The notes beneath the pieces are model-generated. The model saw nothing but the letters and a program-made list of their open reading frames with translations. It was not told the origin of the DNA and did no database searches. From positions 1,305,474 through 1,369,473 of the forward strand of contig NMRA01000017.1 of assembly GCA_002633005.1 (NCBI GenBank): a stretch of DNA of 64,000 bases. The letters are read 5' to 3'. The position numbers and the translations under genes are program-made. This DNA comes from Phoronis australis. Taxonomy: Eukaryota > Animalia > Phoronida. Below are positions 12,101 through 24,700 of this stretch, in pieces. The stretch's first letter is position 1. Each line of letters starts with the position of its first letter.

Positions 12101-15100
12101 ATGACTGAGTGGTTCCCACGAAAATTTTATTGCCCCGTGCCATTGTTCATAGACAGCAACTGGCCCGGGGCCTTGCAGTTGTTGTCTATGAACACTGGCA
12201 GAGGACGACGACTTTTATCATGGTTACCACTTGATCATCAATGCCCAGCAGAATTAGCCAGACGGCTTCGCAATGTCACCAAATTATGTTTTATAGTAAA
12301 TTGCAAAATTTATGATTCATAAGTTTTCACATCTAACTTTGTTCTGGTGTTTGTCCGCATGTGTTTTCATAGTTTGTTTAATGTTTGATGCTACGTCAAA
12401 CTGCCATTATTGGTCACCAAAACCTTTATGGGTCACTATCAGGTCCCCGATACTACATAGATGTTTTTGTTTTTTGAGAAATAAAATTTTATGGTTGATG
12501 CTATAAAGGAGGGTGTAATGGTATGTTTACATGACAAATTTGGGTAAATGCTGGCCTTCAGACTCAGAGCGAAAAAAGGGTGCACATTTATTTTTATGTG
12601 CACACATATTTAGTGGATGCATATTGCCGTCATCTCTGTCTGGGCGTCCGGTGTCCGGCATCTGCACCTGTATCCCCTAAACCCCTCACAGGATCTTGAT
12701 GAGATTTGGCAGATGTGTTTCTATGAACCTTATGACGCAAGACAAGAAACTTTGGACAGATCCAACTACTGGTGTGTCCCCTAGTGGCAATTTTAGTTTT
12801 TTAGGTTTGCCTCTGTGTCATCAAAGATCCTCAACTGATTTTCATGAAATTTGGCAAATAGGCATCTATTAGTGAGATGACACTATCTTCATGTTTTTGG
12901 ATGGATTTGAGGCATTTTGCACAACCTAGTGACCAGTTTTACTGTTTTTGAGTCTGTTTTTTAGCGTCTGCCCCTCTGTCAACCAAACCACTCTAGGGAT
13001 GGTTGTGAAATTTGGCATAATTATGTGTTCTTAGTGTGCAAAAGATAGTTGATGATGATTTTCCGACGACTTTGAGTTTTTTGCGCTCATTGATGTGTAT
13101 TCTAAATCCACTGCAGGATCTTTATTCAATTTAACAAGTTTATTTATATGAACTTGATGATGGACGATGACGACGACTTTCAGATGGATCCAATGAATGC
13201 TGTGCCTCCTAGTGGCAATTTTTCCCATTTTTCTCTGCTTCTCTGAAGTTTCTTGATGAATTTTTATGAAATTTAATAAATACTATTAAAGAACCGATGA
13301 CATGTTACCATTTTGGAATGGATTTGACGTAATTTGCGCCATCTAGTGGCCATTTTTCTGTTTTCTAGTCTGTTGTTGGCGTTTCCCTTTTTGTAACCAA
13401 ACTACTCTTTGGATGATTGTGAAAATTGGCATATATATTCTTAGTGTGAAGAGGACGGTTGACGATGATTTTCTGACTTCTGACCACTGTGGCGCCTCGT
13501 AGTGGCAGTTTCATTTTTTCGTTTTCCTCTTTCTCTGAAGTGCCTCGACTGATTTTTATGAAATTTGGTTTAAACAGCTTTCTATTGATGGAACAATGAC
13601 AAATTCCCATTTTCGGATGAATTTGATGTATTTTGCGCCATCTAGTGGCTATTTTTATGATACAAATAAACACCCCTGGAAACACACCATTTGCGATGCT
13701 TTCTTGGCCATATTTCAATGCTCTGCATTGCTCTTGTGTGAATGAGTTGTCACTGTAGTGCAGCTGTTGCTGTTCTGCAGATAAACTAATCTCAAGTGAA
13801 GGGGAGAAAACTCTTCAATGTCTGCAGTCTGAGTGCCTGGATCTGAAAGCATTCGCCAACAGTTGTGATTTAGAGACTGCCTCCATACTGTCTGAGTCTG
13901 TAGGATCGGTAGAAAGTACTCCGGAGAGGAAGCCATCTCACTTTGACGGATCACTCAATCTTGATGAGTTAGATCTTCTTCCAACCAGAGAGTCCTCCAA
14001 CAGTGAGTGAATTTAGTTACTGCTTATTTCTTCAGTTTGCTGCATCATGACTGCCTTGACATGTTTTTATGCACTCACATATACATACGTGTGGGTGCAT
14101 ATTGCCATCATCTCTGTCTGAGCATCCACTGCAGCTGTATCTCCTAAACCCCATGCAGGCTATTTATTGAATTTGGCAGTTATGTTTGACGAAAGATGGT
14201 GTCAACCACTGTGCCCCCTAATGGCATTTTTTATTTTTTTACCTTTGCCTCTGTATCTTTGCAGTTCGTTGGTGAAATTTGGCAAATAGGTTTTTATTAT
14301 TAAAGGAGACGATGATGCCTTCCAATTTTCAGACAAATTTAACACACTCTGTGCCGCATAGTGTCCATTTTTGTTAATATTTGAATCTGTTTATTGGCAT
14401 CCACTTCAATATGCACCAAACGGAATCTCTACCATAATTGACTGATATGTTCCTGTCGAGAATACTAGGGTTACATTGGTTTTTAGAAGATCTCCACTCT
14501 TGTGTTGCCCCCTAGTGGAATTTTTGTGTTTTTGCCTCTGTGGCTATGTCTCCTTAACCTCTTGAAGGATCTTTTTGTTACAATTTTTTTCCTGACATAC
14601 CCATGTGCCTTCAAAAGAATGCATTTTCTTCCAAAATCATTTTGCTCAGGGGTTTCACATTTAAATGTGTGGGCCTAAGGTTGTTTTTCCTGACATACCC
14701 ATGTGCCTTGGAAAGAATGCATTTTTTCTAAAATCATTGTGCTCAGGGGTTTCACATTTAATTGGGTGTGCCTAAGGTTCACTTCGGGTCCATGTCTTAA
14801 ATTTTACATTTGAGCTTTTTGTGTTCATTCTATTTTACAAGTACTTGTGTAACATTTATGTGAAATCATGTCAACATTTATTATAAGGAATAGCGTAACC
14901 TTCACTTTTATGGTATGAAACAAGGTCTTAAGTTTTACTTAGACATGATTTTTGTGCGCGAACATATTTATATGTGGTCGCATATTGCCGTCATCTCTGT
15001 CTGGGCGTCCGGCGTCTACGGCTGTATCTCCTAAACCCCTCGTAGGATCTTATTGAAATTTGGCAGGTATGTTCCTATGGGATTGACGACAGAGGGCGAC

Positions 15101-17901
15101 GAGTTTCGGACCAACCCGAATACTGCTGTGCCCCCTGGTGGCAATTTTTATGCGCCCACTTATTTATATGTGGACGCATTATGCCGTCATCTCTGTCCGT
15201 CCGTCCGTCCGTCCGGGCAGCGTCCGTCCGGCGTGTGGCGTCCGGCGTCCGCTGCTCTATCTCCAAAACCCTTTGACATACGTTCATGAAATTTGGCACA
15301 TATGTTCCATTCATGAATGGGACGGCATGTGCGAACTTGCGGACGGATCCGACTACCGGTGTGCCCCCTAGTGGCAATTTTAGTTTTTTACGCTTACCTT
15401 TGTATCTTCAAAAGTCCTGAACGGATTTTCATGAAATTTGGTATGTAGGCACCTAGTAGTGAGATGACGCTATCCTGCTGTTTTCAGATGGATTCGACAT
15501 AGTTTGCGCCACCTAGTGGCCATTTTTAGTGTTTTCGAGTCTGTTTTTGTGCGTCCACCCCTCTATCAACCAAACCGCTCAAAGGATGATTGTGAAAATT
15601 GGCGTGTATGTGCTTACTATAAGGAAGACAGCTGACAATGATTTTCAGATGATTTGGACTACTGTGGCGCCTCCTAGTGGTAGTTTTGTTTTTTTTGCGC
15701 CCACTGCTGTATCTCCCAAACCGTTTGCAGGATCTTTACTAAATTTAGCAAGTGTATTTATGTGATGTTGACAACGGACGATGACGACTTAAGGATGATT
15801 CTGACTACCGGTATTCCTCTAGTGGCAATTTTAGTATTTGCCTCTAGTGGCAATTTTAGTATTTTACATTGACCTGTATTTTCTTCAGGTGTGTACTTTG
15901 TGTTACTTCATGACTATGAAGGAAAAGTTCCAAGTAGAAATTTGTTTCTGGCATTCTAATGCTGTGCTAATCTCGTATGTTGTTAAATTTGTTTTTAATT
16001 CTATGTTTCTGTGGTGCTGTAAGCAACTGGTGTATAGGATGTGCTTGTATTATGAAGATTACTCACATTTTGCCCCTAGCCTATTGAGGAAACAAGGACC
16101 ATGCCTTTCCATTTTGCAAAGTACAACATACTACATATATGCCCTCTACTGGCCAATTTATGGTACCAATAAACAACCCTAGAAGGATACCGTATGCGGT
16201 GCAATTGTGGGCGCATTTCAACGCTCTGCGTTGCTCTTGTATTTTTTTACGTTCACCTCTGTATCTTCAAAGGTCCTCAACTGATTTTCATGAAATTGGG
16301 CACATAGGCATCCATTAATGAGTTGACGCTATCCTCCCGTTTTTGGATGGATTCGAGACACTTTGCGTCATCTAGTGACCATTTTTACTATTTTTGAGTT
16401 GTTTTTTTTGCGTCAGCCCCTCTAACAAAAAAAACACTCTAAAGATGATTGTGAAAATTGGCATATATGTTCGTACTATCATGAAGACACTTGACAAGGA
16501 TTCTCCGACGACTTCGACTACTTTTTTATGGATCCGAAGAACACTCTGCCTCCTAGTGGTAATTTCATTTTTTTCCTCTGTTTCTTTGAAGTTCCTCGAC
16601 GAATTTTAATGAAATTTGGTAAGTGACTTTCTTTTAAAGAAAGGATGATATTTTCTGGTTTTCAGACAGATTCGATGTATTTTGTGCCATCTAATGGCCA
16701 TTTTGATGATACAAATAAACAACCTTAAAAGTACACCATTTGTGATGCATTCGTGGGCACATTTCAACGCTATGCATTGCTCTTGCTTATATTGGCGCTT
16801 GCACCAAAATTTGGATATCAACACAGATTCATCACACAGGCACAAGGACCCGAATACTTGCATTTATCATAGATTTCTCCCCTTTTCTTGCTGGTGACAT
16901 CAGCATTGTCATCTCTTTAAAAAATACCAAATTGGTTTTAACTCCAGGAGACAGTTTCCAAATCGAGGCTAAATCCAGATTATCAGTCTCAGTCATTCAT
17001 TGTTGAGCGTTCCTGCAGTCCGTTGTCTGGCATCACGACCCACAGATCAATTATGTACAACAGTTCAAAGAATTACTAAAACCAAATGGAAGTACCTTAC
17101 TCTATGGTAACCAGAGAACCGAAACCTACTCTTTTTGGGTAAAATGAATCCTAACCTAACTTTTCAGGAGGAGTCCAATTTCAGTAGCCGAACAGTTTGA
17201 AGTATCACTATGATGTATCAATTCATTTTAGCCAGTATTTTATTGTTGTGAAGTCGTTGCTAATGCAGTAATGCCTGCTGTGCACTAAATGACCGTAAAT
17301 GAGTGATCCTGATAAAAAGGCTTCTTGATGACAGCAGTTCAGGTATGAATGGTTAGCTGCTAATGCTCTGCTGCTTTACATTCCAGTTATACATTCCTCA
17401 GTGCCTCCTGTTGCTGACCCACCTGTCGACGGACCAGTCCCAGTGTCACCCACTGTTGATGGCACTCTTCCACAGACAGGTGCTGGAATGGACAATGATT
17501 TATGTCAAAGTTTAGTGCCAAATGCAACCAATTGTGGAGCTTCCGGTGAGGTTTCAGACTCTGCCAGTGACACGTCTGAGACGCATCTGTTGAGTACAAG
17601 CCACGCTCCGCTAGATGACTGTGGAGACCATTTTAAGGATATGCACAGTGATTCTGTCGGTACCAAGTTAGTTGGTTGTCATGGTGATAACCTTATGTCT
17701 GAGGTCAAACACAATGATTTAGACAGTGATTGCAGTGGTGCAAAGTTGGTTGACTACCATCAGGGGCTTGAAGAAACACTGGGGCAGATGTCGGGTTTGC
17801 TGAACAGTGCTACCGACAATCTGTGTAGAGGAGATAGTTCAACTAGTCTTCCTGATGAAGAGATCAATTCAAGTTCTCCTCTCCTGCCTACAAAGCAGTG
17901 A
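3137..17901 (+). CDS. CCDC149: Coiled-coil domain-containing protein 149 (multi-exon; 5' exon not located)
   Basis: Hand-spliced exons, all AG/GT bounded and phase-compatible: 3137-3295, 3659-3712, 5202-5255, 6191-6313, 8193-8365, 8847-8919, 9412-9635, 9943-10025, 13781-14002, 17387-17901 (TGA). Peptides [70 protein letters not shown] and [29 protein letters not shown] match the conserved CCDC149 blocks as I recall them from vertebrate orthologues. The last two exons encode a poorly conserved acidic/Ser-rich tail and are less certain. A short exon between 3712 and 5202 may have been missed. Confidence 0.93.
5350..5500. repeat. 49-bp minisatellite, ~3 copies (CCDC149 intron)
   Basis: TAATCTATGTCAAGTGATGG(A/G)AGCTAGATGTTATCAC... 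starts at 5361, 5410 and 5459. Confidence 0.9.
10150..12060 (-). mobile_element. L1/Tx1-clade LINE ORF2 3' remnant (degenerate)
   Basis: Minus-strand translation gives ...RVTVIKALVVSKIVS...KLNSMFFKLLWQGRSDKIR...NKGGIRMINISSFCKVLK and the C-terminal zinc knuckle ESCSFCGQLKETLKHLFWECEIVNSFW (~10565-10645). Stops and frameshifts present; boundaries approximate. Confidence 0.8.
12591..13737 (+). mobile_element. Helentron-associated non-autonomous element (HINE/DINE-1-like) with internal ~150-bp tandem array
   Basis: 5' T-run plus hairpin-like ATGTGCACACATATTTAGTGGATGCAT, then CATCTCTGTCTGGGCGTCCGG, repeated units with ATGAAATTTGG and GCGCCATCTAGTGGC, and 3' stem-loop CAATGCTCTGCATTG followed by CTCTTGT. 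Confidence 0.75.
14064..14575 (+). mobile_element. Truncated, diverged HINE copy
   Basis: Same 5' block (TTTTTATGCACTCACATATACATACGTGTGGGTGCATATTGCCATCATCTCTGTCTG) and about three degenerate array units; no 3' end. Confidence 0.65.
14586..14779. repeat. ~98-bp tandem duplication
   Basis: TTTTCCTGACATACCCATGTGCCTT...GCTCAGGGGTTTCACATTTAA...CCTAAGGTT occurs twice in tandem. Confidence 0.85.
14949..16785 (+). mobile_element. HINE copy interrupted by a second HINE (inner copy ~15145-16240)
   Basis: Two 5' blocks (14949; 15145 with a (TCCG)n microsatellite) and two 3' blocks (GTGGGCGCATTTCAACGCTCTGCGTTGCTCTTGT ending 16240; GTGGGCACATTTCAACGCTATGCATTGCTCTTG ending 16785). The outer sequence resumes after 16240 where the uninterrupted copy at 42082-42150 predicts. 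Confidence 0.8.
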
Positions 17902-18516
17902 TTCATAACAAAACTGAGACTACCCCTCTCAAGTGCCTTGAGCAGAGAGCATTCGTAAATCTAGGACACCGCCTATTCACTGCTTGTCTTGTATTACAGC
18001 TGGCAATGTCAACTGAACCTTTTTGTTCCATGGTCATTAATGGGGTTTTATTGATGTTATCTTTCCGTGGCTGAGCTTAGTAGTTCAAGCACATCACATA
18101 GACCATAACAACACTTGTAGTCAGTGAATGGGTGATAGTATTGGTTGTCTGGTGGTTTCACAAATCATTCCTGTTACGTAAAGTACAAGACAACAGTAAT
18201 CGAACAAAATACCATTTTCCTGTTATGACGTCTAATTTTGTTAATGTCAAAAATTACTGGTAATAACTGCAAAATCCGAATTACTCAACCACCTCACTAA
18301 CTTTCTTGTTACTTCCCCTTCATTCTTGGTCATCAGGGGAGACTACTCTGATGATGAATTCATCTTCTTCTTCTGCCTAGTCATCGTGACAGACAATTCT
18401 GGGTCATTTTGTCTGATTATTTGTGGCTTGAACTTTTAACTAAAGTGATGTTAAACTTTAGATTTAGTTCTTTAATCAGTATGAAAATTGTCTCATCTTA
18501 TTCCTTCCTCAGTTTA

Positions 18517-18733
18517 AAAGTGATCTTTGCCTGGGTACTGGAACATGTGACAATGTGTTAGAAGTGATCTATGCCTGGGCACAGGAACATGTGACAATAT
18601 GTTAGAAGTGATCTATGCCTGGGCACAGGAACACCTGACAATATGTTAGAAGTGATCTATGCCTGGGCACAGGAACACCTGACAATATGTTAGAAGTGAT
18701 CTATGCCTGGACACAGGAACGTCTGACTATGTG
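18517..18733. repeat. 44-bp minisatellite, ~5 copies (putative CCDC149 3' UTR)
   Basis: AGTGATCTATGCCTGGGCACAGGAACAYSTGACAATATGTTAGA units start at 18519, 18563, 18607, 18651 and 18695. Confidence 0.92.
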
Positions 18734-19467
18734 TCATTGCTTCACACCAGGCTCAATATCTCTGAGATCACGACTTGAACGTTTTAGTTCAGACTTGAAA
18801 ATTCAAGTTACCCACAGGCTGGATTTGTCTTGGTGCATTATTGTAACCATAACAAGAGGGCAATAATTCTGTTTTGAAGGTGTAAATAAGCCTGGGAACT
18901 AGAGAATTGTCTTGGACTGGAGCACATGGTTTATAACCTATTTATTGAGTTCATATTTCTGAGAGTTGCTGCAGCATATAGGTTCACCTGACAACAAACC
19001 TAAAGTAACGACTTTGTATCATACTTGCAAGCTTACACAAGTGAAACTTTTCTTTATCTATTGGTATAAAATTGCTTACTATTTGTTCTGGTGTAGTATG
19101 ATATCTCCGTTAGGCATAACATCATTAGAAGGGAAGAGGCAAATACCCTTGTTAGATAGATGTGTGAATATTGTATGCACTGAAAGTTATGGTAATTTAA
19201 TAACAGTAATTGCTCACTTGATGTCTTGAATGTAGAGGTCATGTCTAGTTGTGGGGTACTACACCATTTACTGTTGGCAGGGATAGTTTCTGTAGTAAAC
19301 TGTGGTGACACCTGTTGTCTATTTTTTAGCTGTTGTGGACGACTTCTTTGTTTGGTACCATCAGCACTGTATGTGACTGTGTTTAAGTGGTGGAAAATGA
19401 GGAAAGTTGGTGTCAGAGTTGCTTGAGCAATAATGCAGGTCAAGATAACCAGGGGCTTATGCAATAT

Positions 19468-19473
19468 AATAAA
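19468..19473 (+). terminator. Candidate polyadenylation signal of CCDC149
   Basis: AATAAA ~1.57 kb downstream of the stop codon, followed by T-rich sequence. No transcript evidence. Confidence 0.3.
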
Positions 19474-21159
19474 CCTATTCATCAAAATATTGTTTTACAT
19501 TCACTGGACCTACAACATTAATAGGCACTGCATCCCTTCCTGTCAATGCACAGGGCAAACATTAAAGCTTAACTTCAACGGAAGTTTGTTACTTTAGATG
19601 TATTAGGCTAACCCGATAGTGAAATAAGAAAACGCGAGTTCAATCACGCAGGTGTAAGCAAGTCAAATGATATGTGAAGCTGCCTTTTCGTGCCATGTTG
19701 CGTCACTGCGAGATCCCAGCACAAACAACAAAAGGTTGTATTGAATAGGGGTCTGAATAGAACACCATTGCGTTCGGGTGTTTATCACTGCTGTTTGAAT
19801 TAAAAGGGGATTCTCGCGGTGACGTAGACAAAAGCAAGCTAGTACAGTTCGTTACATTTGGCAATTTATAGCACTAGTGGGCTAAAAGCCATGCTCATAA
19901 CATACTGTAGGAACCAAATTTACACGTGTTGCCGTTGAAGATAAGCTTTAAAGGAACTGGCTATAACTAAACAACAAAGTGCACTGGCTTAAAAGTCGAA
20001 TTTTACTTGTGCATTTTCTGCTGTTTTCATTTCAACTTTTACCTTGCAAACTTTATTCGAAAAATTCCCTTGCTTTGATATGATTATATTTTTGTTGGAA
20101 TGAAAAACATGAGTCACGAAATGGTTTAGAATTTTGTGAGGTTGGCTTAGCTATTCTAAAATTTGGCCACTTCAATTCAGCCACAATTCAAAATATATTT
20201 TTGGGTTTTAATTCTTCTAAAAGATCTTTAAATTTTACTTACTCCCCATAAACGAATTTCAACGCAAGTTAGTTCGGTCGAAATGAAAGCCCAAATATTA
20301 CTTATTCAGCAGAACTCAAAATATTTTAAATTTTAACTGACTTTAGTATGGATATTTTATTTTTATTTTCTGTGGTGCACCACCACCTAAAGTGGCCACC
20401 GTATTGAGTGACAGGTGATTCGTGCATTATCAGTACTCACTCCACTGCCGCCATATGTAATGAGGTTTCCACAGAATCCTCACCCACTTTTTAAACCTTT
20501 AAAAAGCTTTTTCATGCTGTTAAATAAAGAGTGTTAATTTTAAAACCAACTGGACATTGCATAGGTTAGGTGAATTCTGGAAAGCGTATGCTCGTAATTT
20601 ACACTCGTTATTTAGATATGACTGATTATTGTTGCTTTATGTCTCGCAACCAAACGACAAATCAACTCAAAGACTGAACCAATCCAAACAAAAACTCCTA
20701 TATAAAACTTCATTACAGAATCTGTAATCGTACTAAAATGTTTTCCTAATATAAACAATACATTAAAAGTTGTTCACTGCCACCTCTAAAATTATACATT
20801 TTTAAAAGAAGCGGCGCTACCTTCGTTCCCTTTTCAGTTTAAGAAAATTCCTCTCCATCGACAACCAATGTCGCTAAAATAAAACTTAAAGCGCATGTTA
20901 TTCAAAATGACGAATTATGGTTGATTTAAAATGTTCAGATCATTCTGACTGTGTTTCAGTATAATGCCATTACGCTTGTTAATAGAAGTGCGAAAAGTGC
21001 ACTTATGCCCGTAAGTTACTAGGTTAGGGACCACATTCCTCCCACACCAGCGACAACCAACGAAAACAAATGAAGAATGTATGTTTAGCCGAACTGTAGC
21101 TTTGGCACAAAAATACAACCATTCTTAAAAACCACGTTTTTATCCGTGAACGCGCGTTT

Positions 21160-21660
21160 TTGGCACACGCGCCATGCATTTATCATAAGGCACTGTTCGT
21201 GTATAAAATTCGACATGGACTTGCTCCAGCCAATCTCAGTAGTTTCAGACTTGTCTCGGATGTCCATCAAAGGATCACCCGTGCGAATTACTACTTACCT
21301 ACTATTACAACTAAAACCTATCAAACTTCATTTTATTATATAGGTCCAATATAGAATTATTTATCAGTCACCATTCAAAATTGCACTTCATTATCCCTTT
21401 TTAAAAACAAGTTAAATCTCCCCTTTCCAGTATGTGAAATTCCACTAGTAAATTTAATTTATTTTTATTTTAATTTAATTTACCTTAATTTAATTGTGTA
21501 ATATTTTGATTGTGTACGTATTCAAATTGATTTTAATGTTCCATTGTAATATTGTATATTTATATTTAATTGACCATTTGTGAGAGGAGCCTTTAGCTCA
21601 ACATGCCATCGAGTTTAAATAAAGTTTACCTATCTATCTACGTAACTATCTATTTATCTA
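21160..21660 (+). mobile_element. 3' end of a CR1/L2-like LINE
   Basis: Translation ...YYLPTITTKTYQTSFYYIGPI...IQNCTSLSLFKNKL resembles the ORF2 C-terminus of CR1/L2-group LINEs; followed by an AT-rich UTR, AATAAA and a (CTAT)n tail. Confidence 0.5.
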
Positions 21661-21757
21661 GGTATGATGTTAATGGTAGCATACGATAACCAAGTGTACA
21701 TGTAGGTAATCCTTTATTTTTTCTATGCGTACGATTTCAGTAAACTGCATTAGTACA

Positions 21758-24700
21758 TCAAGCACCAGTTATAACAGTAGGTGAACAATTTAATGGTGGG
21801 AACTTGCCCTGCTTCATGTCAAGTTGGTTTGTTGGATTTTCCATCCACTGCACCAGTTGGTGGGCTGAAACTATCCAAACATCAGGTAACTTCTGAATTT
21901 CGTCCAGAAAGATTTTCATGGCTTCAAAATTATAGGTATATCCTGTGAACCAGGAGAAGTGCATGTTTAAACCAAGGGGAACTTTCAGGGGATGATTATA
22001 GTGGCGATTAAAGTTATTGTAAAGGTACTTGAAAGAACCATCTTTGTCCGCGGGTCTGCATGAATCCACCATAGCCATGCCGAAGGATTGGAAACCAGGT
22101 GGATACGTGCAACCGAACAACTTGTTCAGCGGTAATTCCCACATTTTTGGAAATGACGCGGTTGGACATCCACTCACGTGATTACATTGACTCTTGGTTG
22201 GCGCCCTCCCCAGTTTGAATGGCCATATTGGGTCATTGCCTGGCACCATTGTAGAATCATAGATGAACCCGTTCTCGGTCAACATCTCGAACTGTCTGTT
22301 TCCCGCCATTTCCAAGAAAGGTGTCCTAGCTCCAACGATTTCGCTCTTTGGTATGCTCGTCTTCTCCGAGGTAACATTTCGCAGCCCCGCCATTTCCTTC
22401 CTCCAGTCTTCTTTAGACGCCGAGCGCCACCAACTGGTCGGGGTGCGATGAGAGCAACTGTGACTGGCGATCTCGAACCCAAGCTCGTTGTGCATTTTCT
22501 TCACCAAGTCAAATCTAAACAAACCGGAATACATATTTAAACTACATTGTTCCATACTTATTATGGCCACAGATGCCCTGTTGTTTCTGTTTGTGTATTC
22601 CTTCAGTGTGCGTTGATTTTTTGCAGTCAATACTATCCCGTTAAAAATGGTCAGTAAAACTTCAAGGAAGAAAGTTGGCAAATATCAGTTTGACATTCCG
22701 TTCGCACACTTCACCTACGAATTCGTAAGATTTGTCTGACGTCATAAATGCAACTTTTTGGCCTTAAATATATTTTTTTCTTCTCACTCCTCTGGGTGGG
22801 TAGGTTGGCAGGTAAACTAATTTAATGTAGTACTTTATTGTATGGTTATGCTCATTTTTGTAATCTAAGTATTTCACTGTTACAGTTGAAAGACTTTTCT
22901 TAGAAATAGAAGTACTAGAGAGGGCAGAGGAAATTATTTTTACTGTCGGTGACTTGTAAAAGATCAGAGGCTGCGACCGGTTTGTGCAAGTGTGTCATAG
23001 TGGAACAATTCACAATTTAAGCATTTGTGGAGCATTCTACAGCTTTTCTGAAATTTGGTAAGCTAAAGCTAAATCAGTGCTACGTTGATGTCATAATCGA
23101 GATAGATGGGTCACGTGGTACTTACTTTGTGTCTGTCTCCATGATGTTGAACGTGGCCGATATAGGACACCCGTTGGGGTTGGTGCGCCCCTTCAGTAAC
23201 TTCACAGCAAAGTTGTACGCATCATGTGTAACGGCATCGTCTACTGAGAAGTAGACGAAAAGAGGCACCTGCTCGAGCTTAAGCCCCCCTGGGATACCTA
23301 CTGGTGCTGGCGGTGGTGGTGGTGGTAACGTAGAAATGGGGCTCAAAGTTTCTTTGGTAACTGAAACGCAGAAAAGTCAGAAATGACATTTAATTGAGGT
23401 AGTAAAAGATCAAATAATGTAACATAAATTGTGCCTTGCAACATGCACAGTTTTTACCTTCAAGAATTCGGCTTTTTCGTTGGCGCATACGGCTATATTG
23501 GAAACTGAGCCTATCATCGGAAATAATCGATTACATATGTGCGAATCAACAGAGCAAAACCTAGGAGCAAAGTTTTAAAATATCAAGTGAGTTATAAGTT
23601 GGTAGACCTTGACGCATATTCAATATTATTTCCTAACTATAAAAATAGGCAAGGGCACCCGAAAACACGAAAGCTCGTCTAAAATATCTTTTAAACAATT
23701 CCTGACGAACGTACAATCTCGCAACGTCTAGGACACAGCAATTCACTTTCCCCTGTGAGGAAATTTCCACAAAAAATCACAAAATTCACTATTTTTGAAA
23801 TACGCGCAAATGAAAAACTGACGTTACCGTAGAATTACTAATTCTCCCTCCCACTTATAATAAATATGCAAATGCGCTCACAGTCACAATTTGAAGCAGT
23901 ATTGGCTTACGTAGTAAATGGTCGCTTGAGGTCTAAGGTTACATTTTCCATGTATGGGAAATGGGCTGCGTCTATATGTCTTACCATATCAAATAACGAG
24001 ACCTGCTTTGACTTGCGGGAGAAATATCGACGAAGTGTCCAACAGTTGACAGATCATTTTTTGAAACTAAAAGAAATGCTTTGATATCAACAGAAATTTA
24101 AAATCTTTACGAACAAACCATAAAAATACCTGATGAGCAGGTTGAATTCTATTTCAGAGACAGAAAACCACTTTCAATATTGCAATGTAGTCTGTTTATA
24201 CAAAACATAACTACATCATAACTTCTTTGAATTTTGATCGCATGCACCTGTGAAGAAAACACTCGAGTACATATTTTCTTTGAGAAATTCATCATTTCGG
24301 ATTTAGACACATGGACTGAATACTTTAATGCCTGATATCCACGATATGCATTTAAAGACCTTTGTACGCATCACATTGCTAAACCTAAGTGGGCCGTCCA
24401 GGGATTGTAATCGAATAACGGACAGCTAGCTTGACACTTACTGTGAAACAAGAACCCTTACCACGGTAGTGAAACTTTTATCACTCCTCTAAAAAAGCTT
24501 ACCACCCACCTCGGTAATTGCTCATGGTGCGGCGTAGCAGTCGTTCACGTTCCGGGATAAGGATGTCTTGTGCATGGTGGGGGTTTTGCTGGTGAGTGGT
24601 ATGCGTTTCGTAGAAAGGAGGTAAAGGTTTCGATATCAAAATAAGGTTTCGCTCCTTGAGAAGGGTTCAGTTTTCAGCTCTGATACCATTTCCATCCTCT

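Noticed and set aside
12591-16785. CRISPR-like array (conserved short motif at regular intervals)
   Set aside because: The intervening sequences are homologous to one another (satellite units), spacing is ~150 bp, the context is eukaryotic and no cas genes are present.
22515-22681. N-terminal extension of the 307-aa ORF (MPTFFLEVLL...)
   Set aside because: Intronic read-through; the exon starts at the acceptor at 22514, matching the intron position in paralog B.
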